From: Nitrosopumilus sp.
GTDB lineage: Archaea; Thermoproteota; Nitrososphaeria; Nitrososphaerales; Nitrosopumilaceae
NCBI GenBank assembly: GCA_965218785.1
Contig: OZ244650.1
Coordinates: 832,001 to 896,000, forward strand
DNA length: 64,000 bases
Direction of reading: 5' to 3'
Shown one piece after another: positions 42,955 to 53,494 of the stretch (position 1 is its first letter; every line of letters begins with the position of its first letter). The translations under genes were made by a program, and so were the position numbers. The notes beneath the pieces were generated by a model. That model was given only the letters and a program-made list of their open reading frames with translations. It was not told the origin of the DNA and ran no database searches.

Positions 42955-44058
42955 ATGATTTCAGGCTTTGCCACAGCAGAGGGAACCAGAAAATTTGCAG
43001 AAGATTCCGGTGTACCCAAAGCCAACTATAACACATTTGAAAAGCTGAGCCTCTCTAACGTAGGAATGGGAACATACCTTGGGGAACCGGACACAAACAC
43101 TGACGAACTGGTAAAAAACGCCGTAAAACAGTCTATTACATCTGGAATCAACATTGTGGATACTGCAATAAACTACCGCTCCCAAAAGGCAGAGCGCTCT
43201 GTTGGTAAAGCAGTATCTGAGCTGATACAAGAGAAAAAGATCACACGTGATCAGATATTTCTAAGCAGTAAAAACGGATACGTCACAAATGATGCAGATA
43301 TCAAGCTGGAGTTCTGGGAATATGTAAAGGAGGAATACACCCAAAAAGGAATCATCAAGGAAGGTGACATTACATCAGGGTACCACTGTATGACTCCAAA
43401 ATTTCTCTCTGATCAGCTGGATCGCAGCCTGAAAAATTTGGATGTGGACTGTATCGATCTGATGTACCTGCATAACGCAGTTGAGGGGCAGATAAAGGAC
43501 GTTACAGCAGAGCAGCTTTTAGGCAAACTAGAATCCGCATTCAAGTTATACGAAGAAAAACGCGCTGAAGGCAAGATCAGATTTTACGGAATGGCCACAT
43601 GGGAGTGCTTTAGGGTTCCCAAAGAGAATCCGCAGTACCTCTCACTTGAAAAGATGGTCCAGCTGGCGCGAAGATTCGGCGGTGAACACCACGGATTTCG
43701 ATTTATCCAGCTGCCATTTAACCTGTCATACGACCAGGCACTGCTGGCAAAAACCCAGGAATTTGATTGGAATTCCGTATCTGTTCTGGATGCCGCATCA
43801 AGACTGGGAGTCGGTGTGTTTACCAGCGTTCCATTTATGCAAGGACGGCTGCTGGCACCAGGGGTAATACCTGATTTTGCAGACCTGGCACCGCCACTGC
43901 GCGCATTACAGTTCATACGCTCGTCTCCCGGTGTACTAGCTCCGCTGGTGGGTCAAAAAACACCCAAGCACGTCTCAGAGAACCTTGAGATTATGGGGAT
44001 TCCACCAATACCCGAAGAAGAATTTCTGACACTTGTAAAAAGGCTCACCTCTTCCTGA
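42955..44058 (+). CDS. Aldo/keto reductase
   Basis: GMGTY, DTAINY, SLKNL..DCIDLMYLH, GKIRFYG, IQLPFN. Confidence 0.92.
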   Translation: MISGFATAEGTRKFAEDSGVPKANYNTFEKLSLSNVGMGTYLGEPDTNTDELVKNAVKQSITSGINIVDTAINYRSQKAERSVGKAVSELIQEKKITRDQIFLSSKNGYVTNDADIKLEFWEYVKEEYTQKGIIKEGDITSGYHCMTPKFLSDQLDRSLKNLDVDCIDLMYLHNAVEGQIKDVTAEQLLGKLESAFKLYEEKRAEGKIRFYGMATWECFRVPKENPQYLSLEKMVQLARRFGGEHHGFRFIQLPFNLSYDQALLAKTQEFDWNSVSVLDAASRLGVGVFTSVPFMQGRLLAPGVIPDFADLAPPLRALQFIRSSPGVLAPLVGQKTPKHVSENLEIMGIPPIPEEEFLTLVKRLTSS

Positions 44059-44107
44059 TGTATATGGAAAGATAATAAATTAGGCAAATGTCTGGTAAAT
44101 ACGTAAT

Positions 44108-44473
44108 TTGTCTGATAAAATATATGACTATACTGGCATCTGTGATTCCATCTTATCCATTGATCCGAAAATCCGATTCGCAGGCGTGATCAACGAACGT
44201 GGCAGGCTGGTGGCAGGAGGCATGAAAGAGAATGTAAAACCGCTAGAGACAGAAAAAGACGATGAGATGATCTTCATGGAGCTTGCATTACGTGTAAAAA
44301 TGAGAAAAGAGTTTGATAAGCAGCTTGGTCCTGTGAACTTTGCCATGGCCTCACGCCAGCGCGCCCTTGCAATTAGCGTCATACTCAACGATGACATCCT
44401 GTATGTGGTATCAGAACCCGATGCCGATTATGGTTCCCTCCCAAAGAAGATTCTTGGAATAGTTGATGCGTAA
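44108..44473 (+). CDS. Thaumarchaeal Roadblock-like protein (DUF6659-type)
   Basis: IRFAGVINERGRLVAGG..MRKEFD..LGPV. Confidence 0.8.
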   Translation: MSDKIYDYTGICDSILSIDPKIRFAGVINERGRLVAGGMKENVKPLETEKDDEMIFMELALRVKMRKEFDKQLGPVNFAMASRQRALAISVILNDDILYVVSEPDADYGSLPKKILGIVDA

Positions 44474-44554
44474 TTGTTTCTGTTTATTGGACGCATCTGT
44501 CATCTGAAAACCTGCTGACTCAATCTATAAATAGAATCCACCTATGGAAAATTT

Positions 44555-44701
44555 GTGCCAGTGGATCCCGTTTGTGGAATTGAACTTGATGAGGATATCG
44601 CATTACTACACGAGCATGACGGCAAAAAGTTCTATTTCTGCTGTAACGGCTGCAGGCGCATCTTTGTCAAAAAACCCCGCAAGTACAAAAACAACACCTA
44701 G
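44555..44701 (+). CDS. YHS/TRASH domain protein (48 aa)
   Basis: MPVDPVCGIE..HDGKKFYFCCNGCRRIF..P.KY; not in ORF track (short, GTG start). Confidence 0.85.
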   Translation: MPVDPVCGIELDEDIALLHEHDGKKFYFCCNGCRRIFVKKPRKYKNNT

Positions 44702-45642
44702 ATTGGAAACGCCCCGCACATTCTACAGAATCTGGAATCACCGACGTTATACCTGCAGTATGGACAGGATTCATCCGTGTTTTTGCCTGTTGGTACCCCG
44801 AATAATTTTTTAAAAATCTCGTAATAATGCATTGATTCCACGCTTTTGATGATTATGCCGTCGTTTTTCTCCACGGTCAGCTTTTTTTCAATGTATGACT
44901 CTGTATTTATTATCGATTCAAACAGGCCCGTCAGCCCGGCTGTTCCGGCGCCGTCCTGCATGGGTGATTTTCCCCTCCATGCGATCTTTGGGGGGATGTG
45001 TTTCTCAAACGTCTTGCGTAAAATCCACTTGCCGAATCTTTTTTCATTCTCATCTTTTACCTTCAGGTTTGCTGGGATGCTGCTGGCAATCTCTTTGATT
45101 GCATCGTCTAAAAATGGCGATTCGATGTTGACTCCCATGGCACCTGCTATCTTTTGTGCTGGAAAATGCATTACCGAGCAGACACGTTTTATCTCCTCTT
45201 CTAATTTATCTTCTGGTGCGTTGATCATAAAGCTATACCCTGCAAACAGCTCATCTGCCCCGTCTCCTGTAATGATGCCCCGCTCGCCGTTTTCCTTTGC
45301 CCACTTTACTGCCAAATACATTACCACGCTGTTGCGGATCTCAATATCGTTGAAGTTTTTTAAAATGCTGATCGTACCTTCTACTGCCTCTAGGATTGCC
45401 GCTGTTTTGACGCTGTAAATTGACAGGGGCAGCTGCATCTCTTTTGAAGCCATCTGGCAGTACGTCAGATCCGTTGAGACAAAATCCTCTGCAATCACCG
45501 CCACCGCCTTTGGGCGTCTCTCCCTTAGAAAATACGCTATGATGGAGCTATCAAGCCCGCCTGACAGTGAAATCAGGTTTGAGCTGCATGCGTTGCAGGA
45601 CTCTTTTAACGCGCTGTACAGTTTCTCGGAGATTTCATCCAA
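44698..45642 (-). CDS. Asparagine synthase C-terminal-domain protein
   Basis: SLSGGLDSS, TGDGADELFAGY, SPFLD, GKWILR; C-terminal CxxC..CxxC; likely TTG start. Confidence 0.88.
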   Translation of the reverse strand: MDEISEKLYSALKESCNACSSNLISLSGGLDSSIIAYFLRERRPKAVAVIAEDFVSTDLTYCQMASKEMQLPLSIYSVKTAAILEAVEGTISILKNFNDIEIRNSVVMYLAVKWAKENGERGIITGDGADELFAGYSFMINAPEDKLEEEIKRVCSVMHFPAQKIAGAMGVNIESPFLDDAIKEIASSIPANLKVKDENEKRFGKWILRKTFEKHIPPKIAWRGKSPMQDGAGTAGLTGLFESIINTESYIEKKLTVEKNDGIIIKSVESMHYYEIFKKLFGVPTGKNTDESCPYCRYNVGDSRFCRMCGAFPI

Positions 45643-45821
45643 TATCCCATGAATGGTCTTGAAATTAAAATAGATATGCCTGATATCATGAATAACGTGA
45701 TAGATTCTAGTCACACGCAAATATGAGATCAATTTTATCAAGCCAGGAACATCTGATCATATGGGCATCTTATCGGCTACACCGTGTAAACTTTAAATTC
45801 TTAACCAAAACCTTGGGAATC

Positions 45822-46238
45822 ATGCTGCTTCCAGCGGAGATCGAATCCAAGACCCTGATTCCCGCACTGCGGGCAATTCTTGCAAAAAAATTAGCCGAGG
45901 ATCACAATATCCGGGAAGAAGAGATCTCAAAGATGCTCGGTGTCACACAGGCAGCAGTCAGCAACTACATTCGTGGAACAAGGGGTGATCCGTCCCTGAT
46001 TGTAAAACTCTTGGCAGAAAAACAGGTTGCAACCATGATTACCGAGCTAAGCGACAGCCTCTCATCGGATATGGCCTACACCCCGTCAAGCCTTTCAAAG
46101 TTCATCGGCATGTGTAATTATATAAAGTCCAGTCTGTTCATATGTGAGATACATCACAACCTGGAATCAAACATTGATGAACAGGTGTGCAAGGAATGCG
46201 AAAACATGCTTCTTAAAGGACCTGGAAGCGTCTACTAG
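45822..46238 (+). CDS. HTH transcriptional regulator (archaeal XRE-like)
   Basis: LLPAEIE...IPALRA..EISKMLGVTQAAVSNYIRGTRG; C-terminal C..H..C..C. Confidence 0.85.
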   Translation: MLLPAEIESKTLIPALRAILAKKLAEDHNIREEEISKMLGVTQAAVSNYIRGTRGDPSLIVKLLAEKQVATMITELSDSLSSDMAYTPSSLSKFIGMCNYIKSSLFICEIHHNLESNIDEQVCKECENMLLKGPGSVY

Positions 46239-46549
46239 TTTTTATTTAAAATAATCTCTATAGTCGATGTCATCCTGCCAATCCCCGCTGCCTCCTCCGT
46301 ATCTAGTGTGATCTTTTGAATGCTGGAGTTTCCACTCAGCATTTTTTCTGTAATTATGTTTGCTACTGCCACTGCGTTTGGAATCGAACCCCCGCTTGCC
46401 CTGAGAACGACCTTGCTCTTGCTTCCCAGCATTGATATAACATCGACTGCTACCTGCATTACTGGTTCATTTCTAATTTTTACGATGATATCCTTGGATT
46501 CGTCAACCTGCTCGTGATCCTGCAGATTAGTTGTTTCTTCCATGAGCAT
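46235..46549 (-). CDS. albA: Alba-family DNA/RNA-binding protein
   Basis: VVLRASG.SIPNAVAVA..I..SIQKITLD..STIEIIL. Confidence 0.8.
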   Translation of the reverse strand: MLMEETTNLQDHEQVDESKDIIVKIRNEPVMQVAVDVISMLGSKSKVVLRASGGSIPNAVAVANIITEKMLSGNSSIQKITLDTEEAAGIGRMTSTIEIILNKN

Positions 46550-46599
46550 TATCAACAATCAACAGGTTTTTCTTCTTTTAAGTTTTATCGACAAATGAT

Positions 46600-47079
46600 T
46601 CATTTTTCAAAGTATTCAATCGGAATATTCTGATAATCACCGTTTGGAAGCACCCTTCTAATGGTGATTGGGATTACCCTTTGTTCAAGCTCTTCCATCG
46701 AAATATCCAGTGAAATTCTTGCATCTTTTGGAATCGGGATAAATGGCGGCGCCCCCTGGGATAGCTGCAATGCCCTGGCACCCATAATTCTGGCTTTTTC
46801 AAATCTTGTCAACGTGGGTGGTCCGATTGTTATCTTTCCCTTTTCGCATGGAATCTCGACTGGTTCATGCTCTACTACTCTCTCGACTATCTCCCTGTCT
46901 TCGATCTCTTTGATTCTTTTTTCAAGGTTTTCCTGTTCCTTTTCTGTCAGTGTTTCTACCCCTTTCTTTTTCTCTATTATTTTTCGATAAGTATCAAGTG
47001 CCTTGTTTAATCCGACATTTTCTTCTATTACAGGTTCGGACTCCTCTACAACCAGCTTGGTTTTTTTAGCATCAGACAA
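46600..47079 (-). CDS. rpoK: RNA polymerase subunit K (Rpo6)
   Basis: LTRFEKARIMGARALQLSQGAP..PITIRRVLPNG. Confidence 0.95.
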   Translation of the reverse strand: MSDAKKTKLVVEESEPVIEENVGLNKALDTYRKIIEKKKGVETLTEKEQENLEKRIKEIEDREIVERVVEHEPVEIPCEKGKITIGPPTLTRFEKARIMGARALQLSQGAPPFIPIPKDARISLDISMEELEQRVIPITIRRVLPNGDYQNIPIEYFEK

Positions 47080-47346
47080 GTAAATTATTTTTCCTTAAAA
47101 ACGTTATTTAACTGCTCGCTTCATTGGTATGGCTGTTATCATTTCTCTTGGCTGGTATCTCAATGTGGGTCGTCTTTTGGCACGATATCATATGCAGATC
47201 CAAACAAATCTCAAACCAGTATCGTTTTTCGATGTTTCATCATAGGCACCATTAGTTGGGGATGAATAAAACCCCTAGCTTTTTTCATGTTTATAGAGGA
47301 TAATTCAGAATTCTACAAAGTTAGAATTTCAGACAGGCGGAATTTT

Positions 47347-47374
47347 TCAATCCGGAGAAGATCGTGATTTCATG
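47347..47374 (+). repeat. 28-bp motif copy G
   Basis: tcaatccggagaagatcgtgatttcatg (25 of the first 26 nt identical to copy E). Confidence 0.85.
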
Positions 47375-47652
47375 TCTGATTCAGGCATTAATTCCATATC
47401 ACGATGATGTTACAGAACCTGGAAGATAAACAAATATTCATTTGGTCTTGGAATATTATACAATGTTTACAATAATGAACAAGGTGATATCTGAATATTT
47501 TAGGTTAACAAAATTCAGGTGGGATACTGCCAGTTATTTTTAAAAATCCTGCAAAAATCTTCAGGAACTTGAGCACCGCCGGTGTAAATGATCACACATC
47601 AATTGCTTTCCATATCGAAAATAATTTTAAGTAGGTCTGGTTTGCCTTAATC

Positions 47653-48024
47653 ATGACAGAGGGAAAATTTGCAACATCTGTGACTTGCATGGATGGAAGG
47701 ATTCAGACGCCTTTAGCGACCCGGATTAAAGGGAATTTTCCAGTTGATTTTGCTGATGTAGTCCCCGAGCCGGGAATTGACAAGATAATATCTGAAAACC
47801 AAAATCTGGACCCTATTAAAAATAAAATTGACATTTCAATTAATGCACATAAATCCGAACTAGTTATGGCCTCTGGTCACTTTGACTGTGCAGGCAATCC
47901 GGCATCTGATGAGGAGCACATTGCACAAATCAAAAAAGGCGTAAATGTTATCCCCACGTGGAATCCCAGTGTCAAAGTCATCGGTGTAGGGGTTGATGAT
48001 TCCCGGAATGTAAATCTTCTCTGA
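47653..48024 (+). CDS. Small beta-class carbonic anhydrase-like protein
   Basis: CMDGRIQ and GHFDCAGNP Zn-ligand motifs. Confidence 0.75.
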   Translation: MTEGKFATSVTCMDGRIQTPLATRIKGNFPVDFADVVPEPGIDKIISENQNLDPIKNKIDISINAHKSELVMASGHFDCAGNPASDEEHIAQIKKGVNVIPTWNPSVKVIGVGVDDSRNVNLL

Positions 48025-48026
48025 TC

Positions 48027-49301
48027 ATGAATCCAATCAACGAAAAATTATCTCGACTTTCAAAGACTGCCGGTCCCGGAGTATTATTTGCGTGTACTGC
48101 AATCGGCGTCTCCCACCTAGTCCAGTCCACCAGGGCCGGGGCTGATTTTGGTTTGATGATTTTGGGGTTTGTGATTTTAATAATCCTGTTGAAATACCCT
48201 TTCTTTGAGTTTGGTTCCAGGTATGCCAATTCCACCCAGACAAGCATCATTGATGGATACAAAAAGCTCGGCAGGTCTGCCCTGTGGTTGTACTTTCTGC
48301 TGACTGTCGCCTCGATGTTTTTTGTAACTGGCGCTGTCGGATTTGTAACTGCCGGATTTTTTGAGAATCTTTTTGGAATTGATTTTCTTGGGGAGTGGAC
48401 TGTGGGCATATTATTTGCAGTATGTGTTGCAATACTGGCAATAGGAAAGTTCAATGTTTTTGATAGTCTGATTAAGATTATCGCAATGGTATTGCTGATA
48501 TCCACAGTCACTGCATTCTTGTTTGCACTGTATAACGGTCCAATAGAGCCCGTATCTGGATTCGAGCCAAAAGATCTTTGGGATATCTCTGGCATCTTTT
48601 TCCTGCTTGCATTAATGGGCTGGATGCCTACGGCAGTAGATCTTTCCAGCTGGAATAGTTTGTGGACATTGGAGAGAATGAAGCAGACAAACTACAAACC
48701 AAAACTCAAAGAAACCCTGCTTGAATTTAGATTGGCTTATCTGGCTACCGGGATTCTTGCAGTGATGTTTGTCGTACTTGGATCGTTTATCTTCTTTGGC
48801 TCAGGTGAGGAACTTCCAAACAATAATTCGGATTTTGCACACAAGGTGGTAACATTATACACTGAAACAGTCGGAGACTGGAGCTACATCATAATTGCAG
48901 CTTCTGCATTTACCGTGATGTTTGGAACCATAATTGCAGTATTGGATGGATACTCGAGGTCCCTGCAGAAAACAGTCGAGCTGATGTTTACTACAAAAGA
49001 AGGTAAAACGCGCACAAAATTCCGTGTGTTATATGTGATTTTCTTGGTTGTTTTATCCGTTGGTTCCTTTCTAGTAATATTTCAATTTGGAAGCAATCTT
49101 CGGGAACTAGTTGACTTTGCCACCGTGCTGTCATTTGTAATTGCCCCCATAATCGCCATCTTTAATTTCAGACTGGTTACTGGAAAATTCCTTGCAAAAG
49201 AACACCAGCCGTCTGTTCTGTTAAAAGTTCTAAGTGTTGCAGGAATTATCTTTTTGAGCGGATTTGCAATCTTTTTTTTAATTATTAAATTCCTTTCATG
49301 A
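48027..49301 (+). CDS. NRAMP-like divalent metal transporter
   Basis: GPGVLFA..AIGVSHLVQSTRAGA; LMGWMP; ~11 TMs. Confidence 0.85.
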   Translation: MNPINEKLSRLSKTAGPGVLFACTAIGVSHLVQSTRAGADFGLMILGFVILIILLKYPFFEFGSRYANSTQTSIIDGYKKLGRSALWLYFLLTVASMFFVTGAVGFVTAGFFENLFGIDFLGEWTVGILFAVCVAILAIGKFNVFDSLIKIIAMVLLISTVTAFLFALYNGPIEPVSGFEPKDLWDISGIFFLLALMGWMPTAVDLSSWNSLWTLERMKQTNYKPKLKETLLEFRLAYLATGILAVMFVVLGSFIFFGSGEELPNNNSDFAHKVVTLYTETVGDWSYIIIAASAFTVMFGTIIAVLDGYSRSLQKTVELMFTTKEGKTRTKFRVLYVIFLVVLSVGSFLVIFQFGSNLRELVDFATVLSFVIAPIIAIFNFRLVTGKFLAKEHQPSVLLKVLSVAGIIFLSGFAIFFLIIKFLS

Positions 49302-49470
49302 TATTTTTTGATTCCATGACCTGCATTTACTTGAAACTCATGTATCTTTTTCCGAATTTCACAGGGTTCTGGACTTGATTCCTCATGGACTGACAACACG
49401 TGGAATAACTGATGGATAATCTAGTCATATTTGAATAAATATACAAAGTTATATAAATCTCTTAAGATAA

Positions 49471-50136
49471 ATGTTATATATGAATACACAGTCAATATCG
49501 ATGTTCCGAGATGCCAGAATCATAAACATGGCCAAAGACGGAAACACGATATCCGGAATAGCACGTCAAACAGGCATTCCATTTCCAACAGTCAGACGTA
49601 CAGTTTATGCATTTGAAGATATTGGGATTATCAGATCTACAAAGATTGGAAAAACAGTAACTGTGAGGATAAACAGAGATCACCCTGTTGTAAATTCCAT
49701 GATCGAAACTGCCAGATGGATTGATACGGTAATATGGGATCCCAATACTTTCATAGTAAATATTTGTGAGGAAAACAAAATTAATTATGCCTTTGTTGGA
49801 ACCAGTAAAATCCGATATACCAAAAACGAATCACGAAATATGGTTCAAATTGCCATTGAAAAAAAAGATTTTGAAAGAGCAAAAAAGATAATTCAGCATA
49901 AATTCAGGAATACCGGTATTGAAACCACAGATGACCCACGTAAAACTATTGGTTATGCAATGTCTATAATATACATTAAATTCTTTCCAGTTGAAAAAAT
50001 AAAATTTAACGTGTATGAAACATGGACGGATTCTGGTAAAGTAATCCGGGCAAGGGTTGCAGATGATTCTACTGAAAGAAATGCAATGAGGAACAGTTCA
50101 AAGGTAGATCGAATGTTTATCCCATCTTCAATTTAA
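49471..50136 (+). CDS. Winged-HTH protein with degenerate NTase-like C-terminal domain
   Basis: TISGIARQTGIPFPTVRRTV..IGII HTH; INYAFVG. Confidence 0.6.
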   Translation: MLYMNTQSISMFRDARIINMAKDGNTISGIARQTGIPFPTVRRTVYAFEDIGIIRSTKIGKTVTVRINRDHPVVNSMIETARWIDTVIWDPNTFIVNICEENKINYAFVGTSKIRYTKNESRNMVQIAIEKKDFERAKKIIQHKFRNTGIETTDDPRKTIGYAMSIIYIKFFPVEKIKFNVYETWTDSGKVIRARVADDSTERNAMRNSSKVDRMFIPSSI

Positions 50137-50153
50137 TGAGTTTCAACTGAGCA

Positions 50154-51125
50154 ATGAGAAAAGAAATGAAGGAAAAGATAGAACGAACGGAAATTGAGTC
50201 CAAGATATGGGTACCAGAAGCATTACGTTTTGGGAATATTTTGGGATCAAATGGAATAAAATATGCAATCTTTGGTGCAGGTGCATTGGCAATTCAAAAT
50301 GTCATGATGAGACCTACAATAGATATTGATTTTGTAGTAAAGGATTATGATATAGCCGTTTCAGTCATGCTAGAACAGCCAAATCTCAAATCAAGTAATC
50401 TTGAAAAAGAGAGAGATGGGATTCAAGTGGCTGATTTCTATTTTAAATCTGGAATTACCATCCAAATATGGGACAATAACATGTACTCACTCCCAATGAC
50501 TGAGGATTCATGGAGGCGTATAGTATTCAAGCCTGTAACTGGATATTCCATTTATAGTATCAGTATGGAGGATCTGATTGTTTCCAAAGTTGGGAGATCC
50601 ACTCAACAAATGACTGCAAGCAAATATGAGGCAAACAAGGATGTCCTAGACATTATTACAACAATGCAATATCTGACTAGACCTGATTTCAAATATGTTA
50701 TTCAAAGACTGGCAGAGGGAGCAAGAAGAGAAACTCTTGGAAAATCCTCTCAAACACATAACCTAAATTGGTATTTTGCAAAGGAAGTTGAAATTTATAG
50801 AAGATCAGCAGAATCTTTGGATCCTGCAAAAATAGGAAAATTTGTATCATCTGTACTGGTTCAATCAAAATCTTCCAATATGGAATATACCATGCTGCAC
50901 AGTATTAGAAAAGGAAAAAGCCTAAAGAAATTCAAATCTGATTTTATGCTGGATGAAAAAAATTATTCCGTATTATTGGCAAGATGGGATTCCTTCTTGG
51001 AAATTGATGGTGAGAATGTCAAAGTAACTGCAAAACAAATTCAGGATTATACTAAATTATTAAAGCCTGAACAAGTTTCAGATTATGCTAAAAAATTGAT
51101 ATTTTCAGGGAAACACCCCGCTTGA
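50154..51125 (+). CDS. Nucleotidyltransferase (AbiEii/DUF6036-like)
   Basis: YAIFGAGAL..RPTIDIDFVV; SMEDLIVSK..KDVLDI. Confidence 0.7.
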   Translation: MRKEMKEKIERTEIESKIWVPEALRFGNILGSNGIKYAIFGAGALAIQNVMMRPTIDIDFVVKDYDIAVSVMLEQPNLKSSNLEKERDGIQVADFYFKSGITIQIWDNNMYSLPMTEDSWRRIVFKPVTGYSIYSISMEDLIVSKVGRSTQQMTASKYEANKDVLDIITTMQYLTRPDFKYVIQRLAEGARRETLGKSSQTHNLNWYFAKEVEIYRRSAESLDPAKIGKFVSSVLVQSKSSNMEYTMLHSIRKGKSLKKFKSDFMLDEKNYSVLLARWDSFLEIDGENVKVTAKQIQDYTKLLKPEQVSDYAKKLIFSGKHPA

Positions 51126-51192
51126 TCTCCGTACGGTAAAAACAAGCCGGTGATTTAAAACGTTATATAATCAGACCGTCTTAAAGTACGAA

Positions 51193-51591
51193 TTGGACAT
51201 CTCATCGGTATCCCGAAAACAGCTGGTTTTGGAAATCAGAGGAAAGGCAAAGATCTCCTGCGATCTAAAGTCCCACCTGTCCCCGAGAACAGTTGGAACC
51301 ATCATGAGATCCCTGCCGCTAGAGGGGAATGCCCATCAGTTGGGAAAAAGCATCTTATATTTTGAAACCGTGATTGATTCTGGCATTGAGAGGGCAAGAT
51401 CAGAATTCAAAAAAGGCGATGTTGCCTTTTTACCCTCTACTGGAAGTATCTGTTTTTTTATACATGATGTGAGATCTGCAAAGACCATGACGCCCATTGG
51501 GACGCTGGGGGGAGATACTGATGTATTAACTGATGTAAAGTCCGGAGATACTTTTTGCATCTATGAGGATGTTGGGGATGATACCATTTGA
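51193..51591 (+). CDS. Cyclophilin-like fold protein
   Basis: SPRTV..I..SLPL..GDVAF.P..SICFF. Confidence 0.8.
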   Translation: MDISSVSRKQLVLEIRGKAKISCDLKSHLSPRTVGTIMRSLPLEGNAHQLGKSILYFETVIDSGIERARSEFKKGDVAFLPSTGSICFFIHDVRSAKTMTPIGTLGGDTDVLTDVKSGDTFCIYEDVGDDTI

Positions 51592-51878
51592 TACAAATGA
51601 TGCCCTGAATAACCGCCTACGCGCTTTACGATTCCCTTAACTATGGATTCCTTTAGGAATGCATTGGCAGCTGAAGTTTTGACTCCCATCTGTCTTGCCA
51701 GATCCTGGACTGTGAGTACCTTGGAATTTTGAATAATCTTCATTGCCTGCTGCTCGTTTACCATTACTGTGATCTCTGCCTTTCTTGGCCCGCTTTCACC
51801 CTTGTCTTTTTTTGATTTTTTAGAGTCTTTACTGTCTTTTTTGTTATCTGACTGTGTCTGCTTTTTTCCCCCGCCCAT
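51561..51878 (-). CDS. rps25e: 30S ribosomal protein S25e
   Basis: MGGGKK Lys-rich N-terminus; KVLTVQDLARQMGVKTSAANAFL..GGYSGHHLY. Confidence 0.9.
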   Translation of the reverse strand: MGGGKKQTQSDNKKDSKDSKKSKKDKGESGPRKAEITVMVNEQQAMKIIQNSKVLTVQDLARQMGVKTSAANAFLKESIVKGIVKRVGGYSGHHLYQMVSSPTSS

Positions 51879-51994
51879 AAATTGAGAAAAAAATATTCCT
51901 CTTATAAACGATGAATCATTTTTAAAATGATTTCCCTGCTTTTTGGGCGATCTTTTCTTTTCAACTATAAATAACATCCTGACCTTTTGATTGT

Positions 51995-52207
51995 ATGGGA
52001 ATTGTCTCAAAAGGAGCAAAATGCAATGTTGAGGGATGTGACAAGGACGGCGCCCGATCCCTGAATACAACCAGGGTTGAAAACGCGGGACTGCGAGTAA
52101 ATTCCACAGGCAAGAAAACCGTTCTCTGCAAGGAGCACTATAAGGAGTGGAAGAAGGAATCCAAAGATGACCGGGAACTTGAACGTGCCAGATTTGACAA
52201 GTTTTAA
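51995..52207 (+). CDS. Small conserved archaeal zinc-binding protein
   Basis: C.V.GC..A.RS..LCKEHYKEWKK. Confidence 0.8.
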   Translation: MGIVSKGAKCNVEGCDKDGARSLNTTRVENAGLRVNSTGKKTVLCKEHYKEWKKESKDDRELERARFDKF

Positions 52208-53292
52208 TCTCTCTTGATTCTGGCTCCATCCGTAGGATTCTCAAAGTAATCCCTGCTTAGTTTGTCATATAACGCCCCTAATTTTTTATACAGCCTTTTT
52301 GGTTTGCGTGTTTTTTGGTTGCTTAGCACGTATAACGCAAGAATGGGAAACGCAATTGTCGCATCTGCGTATACGGTTACCATTCCCTTATGCGCGTCTT
52401 GAACCTTGCCCCAGCTTTTCCCCTCCTGTAGTGTCGCACCAGACAGTCCCCCGGTGTCTGGCCGTGCATCAGTGATTTGTATTATGTAGTCCTGCCCCCC
52501 GTCGTCCCTTCTTAAAATCTGATCTAGTAGCGGGCCTGTCTGCTGTGCCGTATTTTTTGGAACGCCCCCGCCCAGCTCTACGATTCCTGATTTTTTCGAA
52601 TCATAGATAATTGCGGCCTGCTCGATAATCTCCCTGACAAAATCCAGATTGTATGCCTTGCCATGTAATCTGTGAACTGCCAGATTCAGTGCCAGCGATG
52701 AATCCTTTATCGTTGAGACGTACACCGGAACATCATATTCGTATGCAGCAGTGACAAAACTTTTCTCCGGATGTTTTGCGTGCTCCTTGCTCATCTTTCC
52801 CATCAGATTACAAAATTCCGCCGTTGTAAACGGCTTTTCTGGAAAATCCCCGCCAAACATCTTTTGAATGGCCTGATCTTCTGCTTCTAGCGTCTCGTAA
52901 AATTTTATGTATACGTCTCTAATCCGAACAATCTCGTTTTGATACAGCTTCATGTCATCCACATCGGAGCTTCCCTGCTTTATGGGCAGACCCCGGGCAA
53001 AGTGATCCTCGTGATATACATTTGCCCCCGTCGTGATGATCCAGTCAACAAAGCCCCTTTCAATTAACGTCTTGATTATTCCTCCAAAACCCACCGGCGT
53101 CATCGCCCCTGAAACTGTAAGGCAGATTGTGGCATCCTCTTTTATCATCCTTGCAAAAAGCTTTGCAGCCTCGCCAAGACTCCTTCCGTTAAATCCTGTG
53201 GCTGCAAACACATCAACCAAGTCCTCGATGGTCATATCCGGATCTAGTTTTATGTGCGGGATGTCTTTTCCATGAAATTCATGCTGGTTCAC
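52204..53292 (-). CDS. dys: Deoxyhypusine synthase
   Basis: IITTGAN, LGGGVPKN, DTGGLSGATLQEGKSWGK, YADATI. Confidence 0.93.
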   Translation of the reverse strand: MNQHEFHGKDIPHIKLDPDMTIEDLVDVFAATGFNGRSLGEAAKLFARMIKEDATICLTVSGAMTPVGFGGIIKTLIERGFVDWIITTGANVYHEDHFARGLPIKQGSSDVDDMKLYQNEIVRIRDVYIKFYETLEAEDQAIQKMFGGDFPEKPFTTAEFCNLMGKMSKEHAKHPEKSFVTAAYEYDVPVYVSTIKDSSLALNLAVHRLHGKAYNLDFVREIIEQAAIIYDSKKSGIVELGGGVPKNTAQQTGPLLDQILRRDDGGQDYIIQITDARPDTGGLSGATLQEGKSWGKVQDAHKGMVTVYADATIAFPILALYVLSNQKTRKPKRLYKKLGALYDKLSRDYFENPTDGARIKRD

Positions 53293-53494
53293 TTTTAAAA
53301 AACAGCTTTATGCTGTAAATAATACTTGCGCAGGGATATGGGATTAATTGAGGTTCTGGGTATTTAGTGATGACATACAAATCATGAAATATGGATCTTC
53401 TCCAAATTGGATTTCATCTGACTTTTGCTTCCCGTTGAATGATTTTGAGGAAATTGTTCTTTTTAGACCTTGTTGGTGCATTTTGGTAATTCAT

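Noticed and set aside
51879-52244. Long N-terminal extension of rps25e in the ORF track
   Set aside because: Overlaps the opposite-strand gene 51995-52207; the real start is ATG 51878
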